Below, piece by piece: positions 12,001-24,932 of a stretch of 38,483 bases of DNA. The translations under genes were made by a program, and so were the position numbers. The stretch's first letter is position 1, and the number at the start of each line of letters is the position of its first letter. The DNA is from Intoshia linei (Eukaryota > Animalia > Orthonectida), in contig LWCA01000227.1 in the NCBI GenBank assembly GCA_001642005.1, positions 1 to 38,483 of the forward strand, in the 5' to 3' direction. The notes beneath the pieces were generated by a model. The model was not told where the DNA came from. It did not search any database and saw only the letters and a list, made by a program, of their open reading frames with translations.

Positions 12001-15000
12001 ATTCTACTATTCACTATTATCAATTCTTCAAAGGAGTGGTTCCCAAACTTGTTTCAGGTGGAACTGTCATATCACATTACTTATTACTTTAAAGCAAATT
12101 ATTTCATCTTAATTTTTTTTGTTAACATTTCCGTAAAGAATTTTAAAAACAATTGTTATCCCATTTCATTCATGGAACCGTCAGTATAACCTATATCTGT
12201 AGTTAGTTTACTACTGCAATCAAAAGATATCGTGAAATTTTTGGTGTGTCTATAATTTCCATTATCCATTTAAATTAACGTCGTTAATCAAAATTGAAGC
12301 TATACTCGTCCTGGAAAAACGACATATTCGAATGATAGCTAAACTAGACCAAATAATACTAGGGATTGAATTAAATGATGATTATATACATAAAACTTAA
12401 ACGATGGGTACTTTGAAAAATTTTGTAATTTTTCACAATGTAAATATACAAATGAAAATATTTTAAGGGCACATTTGTTACGCCAGGGGCGCTCCCTGCA
12501 CCCCGCTTAGATCCGCTACGGCCTGTAGTGATTCAATAATAAGAATGGATAATTAAAATCCATTATTTTTGATATAGAATCAATGATCGTTGATCACATT
12601 TTATCGAAATATTGTGACTGGGGAGCGAAGAGATTGGATGGACTGAATTATGCATTTTTTTATTGACTTGCTGAGCAAGATATGTTAGAAAGATCTTGCT
12701 CAAAAGATATGTATATATATAAATATTATTTTAGAACTATACTGACACTACATTGAGTTTTGATCCATGTTTTATACACTGGATCCCAAATAAACCAATG
12801 TTTATTATTGGAGGGTCAAATGGAATGTGCCAAGTTATGAATAAAGATGGAGTATATTTGTCGGATATTGTAAATAATAATTTTATATCAAAACCGAATG
12901 AAGAAAAAATTGGAGAAAATTGGATTCTTTCGGGAGCGTGTTCGCTTAAAAATAATTTTATTGTAATTTATTTTTATTTTTTATTTTCATTTACATAAGC
13001 TAATTTCTTGAGAATAATTTTCATTTATTTTCTTAAACATAATGAACTATTAATACAATTGACATATATACATCATTAATATAATGTATATTAAACGGAC
13101 CTAATATAATTTTTTTCATAATTTAAAATTTTTTCATTAATTTCACCCACCTTTAAGTATATTGTACAATAATGCTATTCTATTTTGAATTTTGTAATAA
13201 ATGTAAAAAAGATATGTATACCATTGTATATACTTTATGAGCGAATTTTAGAAATTAAACAAATAGGGGCCTAAACGTATGAGAAATGCAATAATAATAT
13301 CACACGTAGTGTTTATTTTTAATATTATTGGAAAAACTTAAATTCTGACACCCTGCTTAAAACCCACAATTACTATCTCAATAATTTTTTATTATTGAAT
13401 TTTACTAGTTTTTTACTTGCATGGTCGTTTTTACTTAAAAAAAATAATGATTTAATAAGGTTACTTGTAAAGAAAATGGAGAAATGTCGGTTCAAAATTT
13501 GCAATTCAAGTTGCTTTATGCATATTTTAACAAAAAATATGCTATACGTGAAAATGGATCTAATGTAGTTATACACGATTGGAACAACGACAAAAAATGT
13601 AATATTTTTACTCATATAAATTACTCTCATATTTAAATTATATTCATTATTATAAATCAATATATTCTTACTTATATTAATATTTAGTTAAAATAAAATG
13701 CAAAGATCGAATCAATAAAATTGCGTTATATACACATCGATTAGCAGTATTTTTTATTTTCTTATGTCAGTGTCGCCAAAATAGTGTACGTGAACGCATG
13801 TGGATGATTTATAGTACTAGTTTATACGGGTATCCAATAGGCGACGCGAGGATATGTAAAAATTATTTGTATTTTTTTCTCAGATCTTTTGAAAATGAAA
13901 ATTTATTCAAAATTTTAGTTGTAATCCTTAATTTAATTTAACTTACATTAACTGCATATAAAACTATTTGTTTGTCTATGACTTAGACATGTGTTACCTT
14001 TTATTGCAATAACTAAGAGTCATAGACTTTTAATAAACACAAATTCCTAGTCATTTTATTCCGGGGAGAGAGTAAGATAAATTTCAATCTCAGAAACTTA
14101 CATCTTCCCACTTCAAAACCCAATTATTCTCTTTTTGTCCTAGAATTTCTAAAAATATGTATATACTCTGATACAGATTTTAAAATCATGAACATTATTA
14201 TAATAAAGTAGTGTTAGACTTAAACTAAATTAGAAATTCTCATCAAATCGATACAATTATCTTTAATTTCAAAAAGGTAAATCTTCAGCGTCAAAACCAC
14301 AAATTACTAATTAATCATAGAATTTTAAAAAAAATTAGACAATTCATACTGTTATCTCCATTAACACATTCTAATCTCACAAAGTGACGTTTTCACAGTG
14401 AAAAACTTTTATAAAACAAGGTTAAATTAAATTCAAAAAATCAATTTTTTTTACTAATTTAGCTAAATCAATAAAGTAATACATTACCTTTTATTTAAAA
14501 ATGAAAAAAGTTCTACAATTTTATAAAACTTAAATTCTATTTTTTAAAATCATAAGCATCATCATAAATCGCAACCTCAAAAAAGTGCTCTCACTGTCTA
14601 ATAAAATGTTCATTATCTATATCCGAATTTGAGTATTTTCTAATGATCGTTATAATTCTAATTACTACTATAATTATATTTTATATATAATTATAATTAC
14701 ATGTAAGTATTATAATACTTACATATATATGACTTCTCTAAAATTTTAGTCCATTTCTAAAAAAGTTGGCAGTCCTAGTTTATACTAATAATCCATTTTT
14801 TATTTTTTTCAACATAAAACAACTGCAAAAAATAAATATCCCCAAATTTCTACAAAATTGTGTTGGACCACCCTAATACATTGCATAAAAAATGACAATT
14901 CTCTCCGTTACATAAAATGTTTATTAAAATTATTTGTACAACTGTAAACAGTGTTTATTAAACACCCAACAAATATATAATATTTCCCAATACAATATAA

Positions 15001-18000
15001 AAAATTATTATTGAGAAATTTTTTAACACGTCAATATCTGCGGCGTAATATGTATTGTTTTAAAGTACGTTCATGAGTGTTAAATTGTAATTTAAAATAA
15101 AAATAAAATTTAGATAGTACAAGATGAATCCATTATTATTTATCAAGAAATTAGCAAAGGGAAAATGTATGATATACAATACAAATTGATTACAAAAATA
15201 GCATACAATGATAAATTTGAAAATTTTATCGTTTTCACTAATCATTTTGTAGTTATAAAGGTTTGTGTTGCATTAAAATTTATTGATAAATCTAGAAACA
15301 CATCTATGAAATTTATTCATTTGATAATATTCTGATTGGTAACTGGATGTTTGATTGTGACATTACATATTCATCTGCTGTTGGCGGTGCACCTAATAAG
15401 GAATATTTTATTATTGGTTGCAGTGACGGAAATGTAATATTATTTGATTCTGAATCAATGTAATATTTTAGGTCTATAAATCATTCGTACACTTTGTTTC
15501 ACCAATTACTATAGCTCAACATACAAACTCTATACTTTATGCTCAAGTTAACCCATTACATCAAACTGTTGCATTTATAGACGATACAAATACACTGTTT
15601 GTAGTCGATATAGACCAACTTCTAATTATATACCAAGTAAAAATATTTTTTTAAATATATAATAAAATTTTCAATTTAGGAACCCAATGCTATTCATTTC
15701 AAATGGAATTGTAGTATTCCCGACATATTAGTATTTAACAGTGGAGATACATTGCATTTTAAAATGGCTAATTTTGGTGTTCATTCGTTATATTTTGATG
15801 TAATTTATAATATATACTAGATTGGCTGTTATGTACTACGTACAAACAGAACCTAGCTCTGCTGAGGACACATTTTTATTATACCAAAAAAATAAATTCA
15901 TGTTGAAAATCTAACTTAAAAAGTCTACTATTCACTATTATCAATTCTTTAAAGGAGTGGTTCTCAAACTTGTTTCAGGTGGAACCGTCATATCAAATTA
16001 CTTTTTACTTCAAAGCGAATTATTTCATCTTAATTTTTTTTGTTAACATTTGCGTAAAGAATTTTAAAAACAATGTTATCCCATTTTTTTAATTTATTAG
16101 ACGAATGTGTATAATATTCAAAATAAAGTAAAAACAGTTTAATCCTAAAAATTGTCATAAATAGCATAAATTCCAAAAAAAATAAAATTATAAATCTATT
16201 TTGTCATTTTCAATGTGATGAGTCATCACTGATGACATATATTCAGTACCAATTTAATAAATACTTAAAATAACTAATTTTGTATCAATAATTAACCGAA
16301 TCTTCATTTTATAAACAAATTTCAGTCGAATTTTACCAATATTTCATTTTGATGGTAACGAGTTAGTTTTAGTTCACTGTTTAAATCACAGGTTCTCAAA
16401 CTTTTTTCAATTTTTCATGTACAAACATGTATAATCGTTGATGTAGGCGGTGTGAGGAGCATTTTTTTGAAAAATTAGAGTAATTCATAATAATGATAAC
16501 TCTTTACTGATAAGTCTACAAGTAGTTTTTAAACTATGAATAAATATATATTATTTTATAGGGTCGAATAATTGATTATGATGGTACAAAGATATATTTG
16601 CTTGTTGATGATAAAATTGAAATTATTCATATTTCTCATAATTATTTTGTGGAAAAATATATTGAAAATGGACAATTAACGTACATTTTTAATATTAGAG
16701 TTGTTTAATTTTTTAATTTATACAATGGTATTATATACAAATGGGTATTTTCAATTTTGTAATTTATATTATTAATAGACGTGCATTGGATATTTCATCT
16801 TATGGTATAGATAGACACACCTGGTCTCTCTTGGGAGAAGCAGCTTTGTATAATTTAAATATGGATGTCGCAAAAATAGCATATCAAAATTTGAAAGATT
16901 TTCTTATACTAGAATTGATATATTCTATAGAGGTTTTTGAAAAATATGATTATAATAATATGATTGTATATATTTAATTGTTGACTGTTATGTACTTCGT
17001 ACAAAAAACAGCCAGCTATGCAGACGTTTAATGCACATTTGTTTTGAAATTGTGGGATCAATAGTTACATTTTAAATTCTTATTTTAAGCGCAATATTTG
17101 AAAAATATTGCGATTATATATTAAAAATTATTTTTCACCGGAAATTCGTAGATTTCAGAGGTTGAAATTTTGCATTTATATCAACTGGAATAAGCTCTAG
17201 CAGATTAAACTTTTTTTAAATTTTTGGACCGTTAATTATTTCACATTTTTTGTTTTAATAAAATATTTCGGAAAAAATTTATATGAGTACTAAAATACTT
17301 CTTTGACTGTGAATTCATCACTTATTCAGATTCAAATTTTTTATGTGTGTTAACAGGATACAACTGTACAACCTGTAAATTTTATTAAATTCTAGGGCTG
17401 TTTTCATTAAAAAAAAGGAGTAATTTTGGGTTTTGGCCCTGAAGATATATTTTTTTAAATTTAAATTTATGATAATATTTGTGATTTTAAAATCCGTATT
17501 AGCATATATATTTTTTTAAATTCTTCAACTCGTTTCATTTTCAAAAAGAGGGACAATTGGGGTTTTTGACCCGTAAGATGTGAGTTTGGGAGGTTGAAAT
17601 GTATCTTATTATCATCCCGGAAAAAATTGTAATTGAAATGTTGACTTTATAAAATTCTAAGACTGTTAGTTATTGAAATAAGCGATAACACACACAAATA
17701 GACAAACAAAGCATATTATATAAGTAAGGATTAATGACTTAATTTTATTTTGTTACCGTTTATTTGAAAAAATAACAGCCGTAAAAGTTAAAAAACCCAA
17801 TTTCTAATACAATTTTTCGCGGGTGATGTTTATATCTATGTTTCATTTTCCGGAATTGAGTCCTTCAGGGTTAAAAACCCAATTCACCATTCGGGTTTAT
17901 GTATACTGCCAAACTCGCTTTGTAAAGTGAAAATTATGCATCATACGTATAAATAGCTATTAAACTTAAATATAGTTAAAAAAAATACAAAATGTGGAAA

Positions 18001-21000
18001 ACGATATACTAATGGGTGAAATATATGCTTATAATAAAAAATATAACGAAGCCGCAAAATGTTACATGCGAGTTGGTCAAGTGCAAATGGTTATCGATAT
18101 GTTTATTTTGCTTCGAATGTTTGAAAAGGCAAAGGTTAACATTAAAATTTGATAGATATATATTTAATTTAATTTTTAGTTATAGTTATACATTTGACCA
18201 TTTTATTAAACATTTATAATTTAAACTTTTAAGGAATGGGTGAATGAAAGTAATTCGTTGTCAGAAATTGAAAAACGAGAAATATCTTCTAAAGAAGCCC
18301 ACTGGGCGGCAGCACAAAAAAATCCGGCTATAGCTATTGAACTTTTTTTGGAAAATGAACAGTACACTGAAGCTATCGATGTAGCTTCACAAAATAATTC
18401 ACATGAATTGTAATTTTTAAATAACTGTACTGCAATAAACTAGCGTTATTGCATAATAGAACGCTACACGGTCAGAAATTTTATGGTATATGTATTACAT
18501 ATGCCATACATGATTATATTTAAAATTATTTATCATTAATTTTCATCAAGGCCGGTTGTGTTGCGGCATCATTACACTGTGATGCCACTGTGCCCTACTA
18601 TAAAGTGTGTATGAAATAAATATCATGAAATATAAATGATAAAATTAATATTCCTATTACATAGAATTATGAAGATTGCAAACAAAATTGATAGGGGACA
18701 AACCAAATCATTATACAACTGTGTAAAAAAATTGTTAAATATGAGACAATATTTATCAGCCATTGATGTACTCAGTAAGATGGGAGATTTTAAAAAACAA
18801 ATTGAAATTTATGTGCATATTAAAGATTGGGATAAGGTATTAGGGTTAAAAATATAGAAAACATATTTTTAGGCGATAGAATTGGCTGAAAAAAACGAAA
18901 TGTACAGAGAATTGGCATACTACCCTTATGCCGTCTATTTAGCCGAAAATGGACAATTCGATGAAGCTCATTACGGTAATTTATATTTAAATTAAGTTGT
19001 ATAGTTTTTAATTAACATTGTTGGTACTTTCTAAATTCAGTAGCTAGTGGGACTGAGGACGGACAACTCCAGAAACACAATTTTACACATTATTAACATT
19101 GTAAAATTATGACCAATTTATTTACAAATAATTATTTTTAATTAATTAATTATTTATTAATTAAAATCCATTTTTTTTATTAAAAATTTATATTTTTTGC
19201 CGTAAAATTAGGGCCAATTATAAACCAGACAATGCCAAGATTATATGATTTGCATACTTTATTTTAATTGTTGCATTTTTAGCTTATCAAAAGGCTGGTA
19301 GATCTGAAGATGCTATCAAAGTTCTCCATAAAATGTTGGATTCGTCATTATCAAAGTCAATATATGAAGAGAGTGCATATTATTGTTGGAAATTGGCTCA
19401 ACAGTGTCTAATGGCTAAAGGTTATTAATATTGAGGCACGTTTATGCAATAATTATTGCGGAAATTTTTAGGATCATATTTTTGATTTTCAGTGGTCCTT
19501 GAACATGGTAGATTCGGCTATGATCGTTGGTATTCTTTTTTACTGAGAAATTAAAAATCTGTTTCAATCTCACAAATCACAAATTGGGCTCTTTGCTTTC
19601 TACCATTATCAAATATTGGTTAAGTCAGTTAGAAATTTTATATTTTATTATAGCGGACTGTGAAAAATTTTGTTTAAACAGGCGACGCGTGCCATAAGAG
19701 CAGAACCTGCCAAGTTCGAAGCTACCTAAATGATAAATAAACACCTAAATTTTTTTCGCAAAGTGCGTTATGGCATATAACACTTAGCCATCTCTCCAAT
19801 ACTCTTCACTTGACGTTTTAAATTTGACACACAAAATAGTTATAATCAAGATTATACTTTTTTTAATCCTCAATTTTGAAAAATTTCGTCGAATCCCCAA
19901 AGAGGGGTTTCTGGTTCGGTCGATTCGGCACTGCATACAATTATAAGTTTAAGAACCACTGATATATTATATTATTACTAGGTTGACTGTTATGTACTGC
20001 GTACAAACAGCACCTAGCTCTGCCGAGTGTACATTTTTATAAAAAAATAATAAAAAAATAAATTAACGTTGAAAATGTAACTTAAAAATCATACTATTCA
20101 CTATTATCAATCCTTTAAAGGAATGGTTCCAAAACTTGTTTCAGTTGGAACCATCATATCACATTACTTTTTATTTTAAAGTGAATTATTCCATCTTAAT
20201 TTTTTGTTTGTTAACATTTGTGTAAAAGAATTTAAAAAAACAATTGTTATCCCATTTTTTTAATTTATTAGACAGAATGTGTGTATAATATTAAAAATAA
20301 AGTAAAAACAGTCCAATCCTAAAAATTGTCATAAATAGCATAAATTCCAAAAAAATAAAATTAGTCCAATACTAAAAATTGTCATAAAGGTGTGAGTTTT
20401 GGAAATTGAAATTTATATTATTATATGTAAAAATTGTCATAAATAGCATAAATTCCTAAAATTATAAAAACCTATTCTATCATTTTCAATGTGATGATAT
20501 ATATTCAGTACCAATTTAATAAAGACTCAAAAATGTATAACCATTAAATTAAAAATAAAATAACCAATTATGTATCAATATTTAACCGTTATTTAAATCG
20601 TTAAAATAAATAATCAAAATTTAAAACAAATCAGATTCAGCTACCGGTGCACCGTTTGGGTAGCACTACATAATTATGATGTAAAATTTAGAATAAATAA
20701 TAAATAAATTATTTTAGACAAAAAAATTATTCACAAATTTGAAAATTATTACAAATTGTCTGCTATATATTTTGCTTATAGGCACATACACTCTTATATT
20801 GTAATTAGATAATTTCATGTATTTATACAGTATAAAATAGTATGGACCTGCAGGCTAGACATTTCATGGTTTTTACCTGATTTATGTTGATTGCCAGCCC
20901 ATACACACAAAAAATTTTTATTTGGTTAAATCTAAAAATTATCATCATTATCGACTCTAATTTGTATGTTACCGTTGTTTTGGAGATAAATGATTTTGCT

Positions 21001-24000
21001 AATAATAAAAATAATAATGAAGTGAACAATTTTGTCTACATTTAAATTTTTTCGATATGTGAAGGAAAAATTCACTTTTACAAATCCTTTAGAGAAAAGT
21101 CTCCTTTTATCAATTTTTTTTGAAACATACAATTTTATCTAACTTTTGGAAAATATACCATTATAAAGTATGTAATACACGTTACAGTTCTGCAATACGG
21201 TTCATATCACAATTATACGGGAATTAAAGTCGTGTTAATAAGATTTTGAAATTACATTGTGGTGTCCGTCTTGGATTAAATTTCGTTAAATTACAGATTA
21301 AGGGATATTACTGAATTATTGTAATTGACGCAAATGAAGGATCGTGTTTCGGGCAAACTATTTTAATTCAGATTGTGCCGAATAACGCTTCATATTTCGA
21401 AATTTGTTGCAGAACTATAGTAAACATACATAATAATGATTTACAGTTAGTACCTTTACAAAACAATGAAATTGACGTAAATAATTAAATATAAATTTTT
21501 AAATTGTGATACCCATATCCAGTGGATATTATCCACCCTTTAATATTAAAGAGATAAGATCATGTTATTTTTGGGGAAAGCTCCACTGGTCATTGCTTAC
21601 TCCTACCAATTGCAGGACTCTATATTATTTAATGATTTTTGTTAATATATGTACAGTAATATTATAATTTTACAAAAAATTATAGGAAGATCCATTTATA
21701 GCTCACGAAAATGAAACAATATTTAACGTTGGTAAATATCTCATTAACACACTTTATGAATTGAACTATATTCCAAAAGGAATATCTCAAACGTAATTTA
21801 AATACATTATACATAAGTAACACTCAAAAGTTGAGTTAATTATCAATGTACATCACTATAACTAAAGTTTCCACTACCACTACTGTAAAGAACCCATATA
21901 AAATTGTGTTATTAATTTTCTGACTTTCATCAAATTTTATTATCTTTTAATAAATACTTAAAAATACCAATTGTGTATCAATAATTAACCGAATCTTCAC
22001 TTTATAAACACATTTCAATCGAATTTTACCAATATTGCAAAGGATTGTAATAAATATAAAAATGATAACAAATTTGTATTACTTTTAGTTTCATTGTTGT
22101 AGTTTATATTTAAATTTTATTCAAAATGTTTTCAAAAAGATAATTTGAAATTTAAAAATTGCGTAGCAATGAAAAAAATTCCGAAGGAATGAATTATGTA
22201 GATTTTCACACATATTTCTTTATTGAAAATGGGTAGACGTTCAATGCACATTTTTTTTAAAATTGTAGGATCAATATTTACATTTTTAATTTTTATTTTA
22301 ATCAAAATATTTAAAAAATATTGGTTGATAATATATTAAAAATTATTTTTCATCGGGAATACGTAGATTTCTGGGGTTGAAATTTTGTTTTTATATCAAT
22401 GGGAATAATCTCTATCCGAATAATCTTTTTTTTTTCATTTTTGGATTGTTAATTATTTCACATTTTTTGTTTTAATAAAATATTTCGGAAAAAAATATAT
22501 GAAAATTAAATGCTTTTTTTGACCGTCAAGTCATCACTTATTCAAATTGAAATTTTTTGTGTGTGCTAACAAGATACAACTATACGATCTATAAATTTCT
22601 TGTTAACGGAAAAAATCTAATTAACGAACTGAATTATTTTGAAGTACAAAAATTCCGTTAGTTTTAACTTCAAATGACTAGCATCGTAATTATACAAACG
22701 CTTTTTCTGTTCAAATTAAAAGCTTTAGAGTCTAAAACTTTGTTTAATTTAATTTTTTTTATTGTCTAAACTTTAAACACTAATAATAATAATATTACAC
22801 ACAATAATTGTAAGATTTACCCTGATTGTTCCATAGTTATCACTGTTTCTAATTAACGTAAATAAATTATTTATCATAATATGACTCTATTAATATATAT
22901 TAAGTTTTTTACGGTATATAAGAATAAATTATTCTCGTTGAAATTTTCCAATATTTCTATGTCCTTGAAATTACCAATTGACAAATAAAGAGAAAATACC
23001 CTAGTTAAATTATATTTAAATGTATATGTAAATGTATACCATTATAAATGTATTGTTTTAATAAATATTTTAATTAGATCTCTTTATTATACACTTGGAA
23101 ATTTGGCTAGCTCATCTGAAGCATATAGATTAGCATTATATTGTTTTGAAAAACTTCAACATTTATATGTTTCAGATTTAAAAGATAATATTGACTTGCA
23201 ATTGTTGCTTTTACGTACTAAACCCAATATAAACAGTGAGGTTTTTATTAAAATATAAACTAAAATAAAAAATAACATCTAGGATCTGAATATAATCTGC
23301 TATAGATGTTCTAAAACGTTAACATTAGTTAACGAGCAAGGAAATAAATGCCCATACTGTGGAAACCCCTTAATTTATTCTTATTCTTCATTTGGTAATT
23401 ATATCATTAAAACAGATTTAAATGTCTATATTTTTCATGTATCGTAATTAGACTTTTCAAAAATAGCGCGATCATTACAATTTTTATTGACACTGTTCAA
23501 AATGAAAAAAATACATATAAAAAAATGTTTGAATTTATACTTTTTATTATTATTTTTATTAATTAACTATATATATAGCTTGACTGTTAAATACTATATT
23601 CAAACAGCAGCTAACTCTGCCGAAGGTAGCGAATTTATATTTTTATTTTACGAATTTAAGACTTATTTTTTAATTAATTAGGTAATGAGTGTTTTTTAAA
23701 AAAATCAAAATACTTATAAATGTATAGTTACAACCCTAAAAAATCATCATAAATAATGTAGCTTCAACATTTGATCTAGGCTCTAACCATCCTTACATAT
23801 ATACTATGAAAATAGTTAACTTTCAAATTTAGAAATTTTACCTTTGGTAAAATTTCAAATCGATGCTGATATAACGGACGAAGAGGCTGAAAAATTGATT
23901 AAAATAGAAAACGAACAATTACATACACCAACTGGTTTATTTGTGTTGAACAATGTTAAAACTTTATATTTAGATTTTTTGCACTTGTCCAGTCGATGTT

Positions 24001-24540
24001 CAGTAATATTTTATGATATGCATATTATGTATAAGGTAACCTCAATATCTCATACCAAAGGTTTAATTTATAAACATTTTCATAAAAAAGAACAGTATTC
24101 GATTGTCCATGATAAATAAGGACAATTAAAAAAATAAACGTGATATGTCAGAATTTTATGAAATAGTGATCTAGTTTGCAAAATCTCGGATCCGGGGAAA
24201 AATTTTAGGGTAGTGGCCATTGGCCATTAGTGTGGGTAATTTATAATTTTTATAAATATTTAGAATGAAAGAGCAGAAATAGTATTAAATCGTGAATCTT
24301 TGTCAAATTTAAATTATACTGATGTAATTATATGCAAATGGCCACAACATTTATCAAATGATTATTATCACAATATGATGCCGGGAGCTTTTCTCAATAA
24401 ATGTGATTTATGCAATAATGTACAATTTTAATAATCTTTTAAATAATGAAATGTATTAGTTTTTTCATGGAGAAGATTTTGAAAAATTACTTTTAAAATA
24501 TGGGCATTGTCCCTTTTGTAGACATAAACCAGGCGAATAA
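9003..24540 (+). CDS. IFT122: Intraflagellar transport protein 122 (IFT-A core), about 27 exons
   Basis: Exons join in IFT122 order: MFETRNIW; LRGHKDIIYSVAFS...FASGSADKMVIIW; CCDWSLDGQLFAIG; LSFDPCFI; IKCKDRINKIALY; VGGAPNKEYFIIG; W.LLGEAALYNLNMDVAKIAY; KMGDFKK; YPYAVYLAENGQFDEA; CYRC...CPYCGNPLIYS; ITDEEAEKLI; FHGEDFEKLLLKYGHCPFCR. Stop at 24538-24540. Confidence 0.96.
10290..10889 (-). mobile_element. Non-autonomous Helitron-like element, copy A (both ends present, 3' end eroded)
   Basis: Minus strand begins A|TCTTTTGTTTATATAAAATT...GTCTGTGTTACCG and ends with the family hairpin GCTGTTTGTACGTAGTACATAACGG. Confidence 0.65.
11896..12165 (-). mobile_element. Helitron-like element, copy B (3' part)
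   Basis: Minus strand ends with hairpin CTGTT-TGTAC-GTA-GTACA-T-AACAG then TCAAC-CTAA|T; about 270 nt nearly identical to copies C and E. Confidence 0.75.
15817..16342 (-). mobile_element. Helitron-like element, copy C (3' part)
   Basis: Same hairpin followed by CTAG|T; long similarity to copies B and E; its distal part recurs at about 21945-22037. Confidence 0.78.
16976..17730 (-). mobile_element. Helitron-like element, copy D (both ends present)
   Basis: 5' end A|TCCTTACTTATATAATATGCTTTGTTTGTC; degenerate 3' hairpin; internal about 370 nt duplicated at about 22215-22600. Confidence 0.7.
19978..20590 (-). mobile_element. Helitron-like element, copy E (3' part)
   Basis: Hairpin plus CTAG|T terminus; homologous to B and C; internal AAAAATTGTCATAAA unit present three times. 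Confidence 0.78.
21185..21417. mobile_element. Tc1/mariner-type MITE
   Basis: TA|CAGTTCTGCAA ... TTGCAGAACTA|TA inverted ends. Confidence 0.6.
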
Positions 24541-24932
24541 TGTTAATAAATATTTTAACTATTGCAGATTGATCTTATTCTGGAAGATAAGAATTCATTA
24601 TTTATGTTACTTTATTTTGTTAATGATTCATTACATTATTTGTATAGCTTTTTATATAATTTACTCACAATCCATTGCAATGCCAATGAAATTTTAAATA
24701 TATATATGTGCAAGTTACATAATGTAATTATTGCATGTAGATCATATATGTAACATGTATGGAATACATATTATGTATTACGTTATTTTCCATGTAACTC
24801 TCACTATTTTACTATGGATATTTCACTATAAACGTTTTTAACATATTTTGTACAAGCTAATTTGCATTTTTCGTAATTTGAAAAGATAAACAAGAAACAT
24901 TATTCAAACCAAATAAAAATAAATTTGTCAAG

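Noticed and set aside
12580-12702. Possible intronic C/D snoRNA plus the hairpin TGAGCAAGAT/ATCTTGCTCA
   Set aside because: Box C is poor, no terminal stem or rRNA guide was recognised, and the 10-bp hairpin alone is insufficient.
11896-23625. Repeated TGTTATGTACTACGTACAAACAG motif as a CRISPR-like array or ncRNA family
   Set aside because: Copies are kb apart, irregularly spaced and continuous with longer shared TE bodies ending in CTRR; better explained as Helitron termini.
10290-23625. All six Helitron 3' ends inside IFT122 are antisense to the gene
   Set aside because: Small sample, and 5' modules at about 13960 and 17750 are in the sense orientation.
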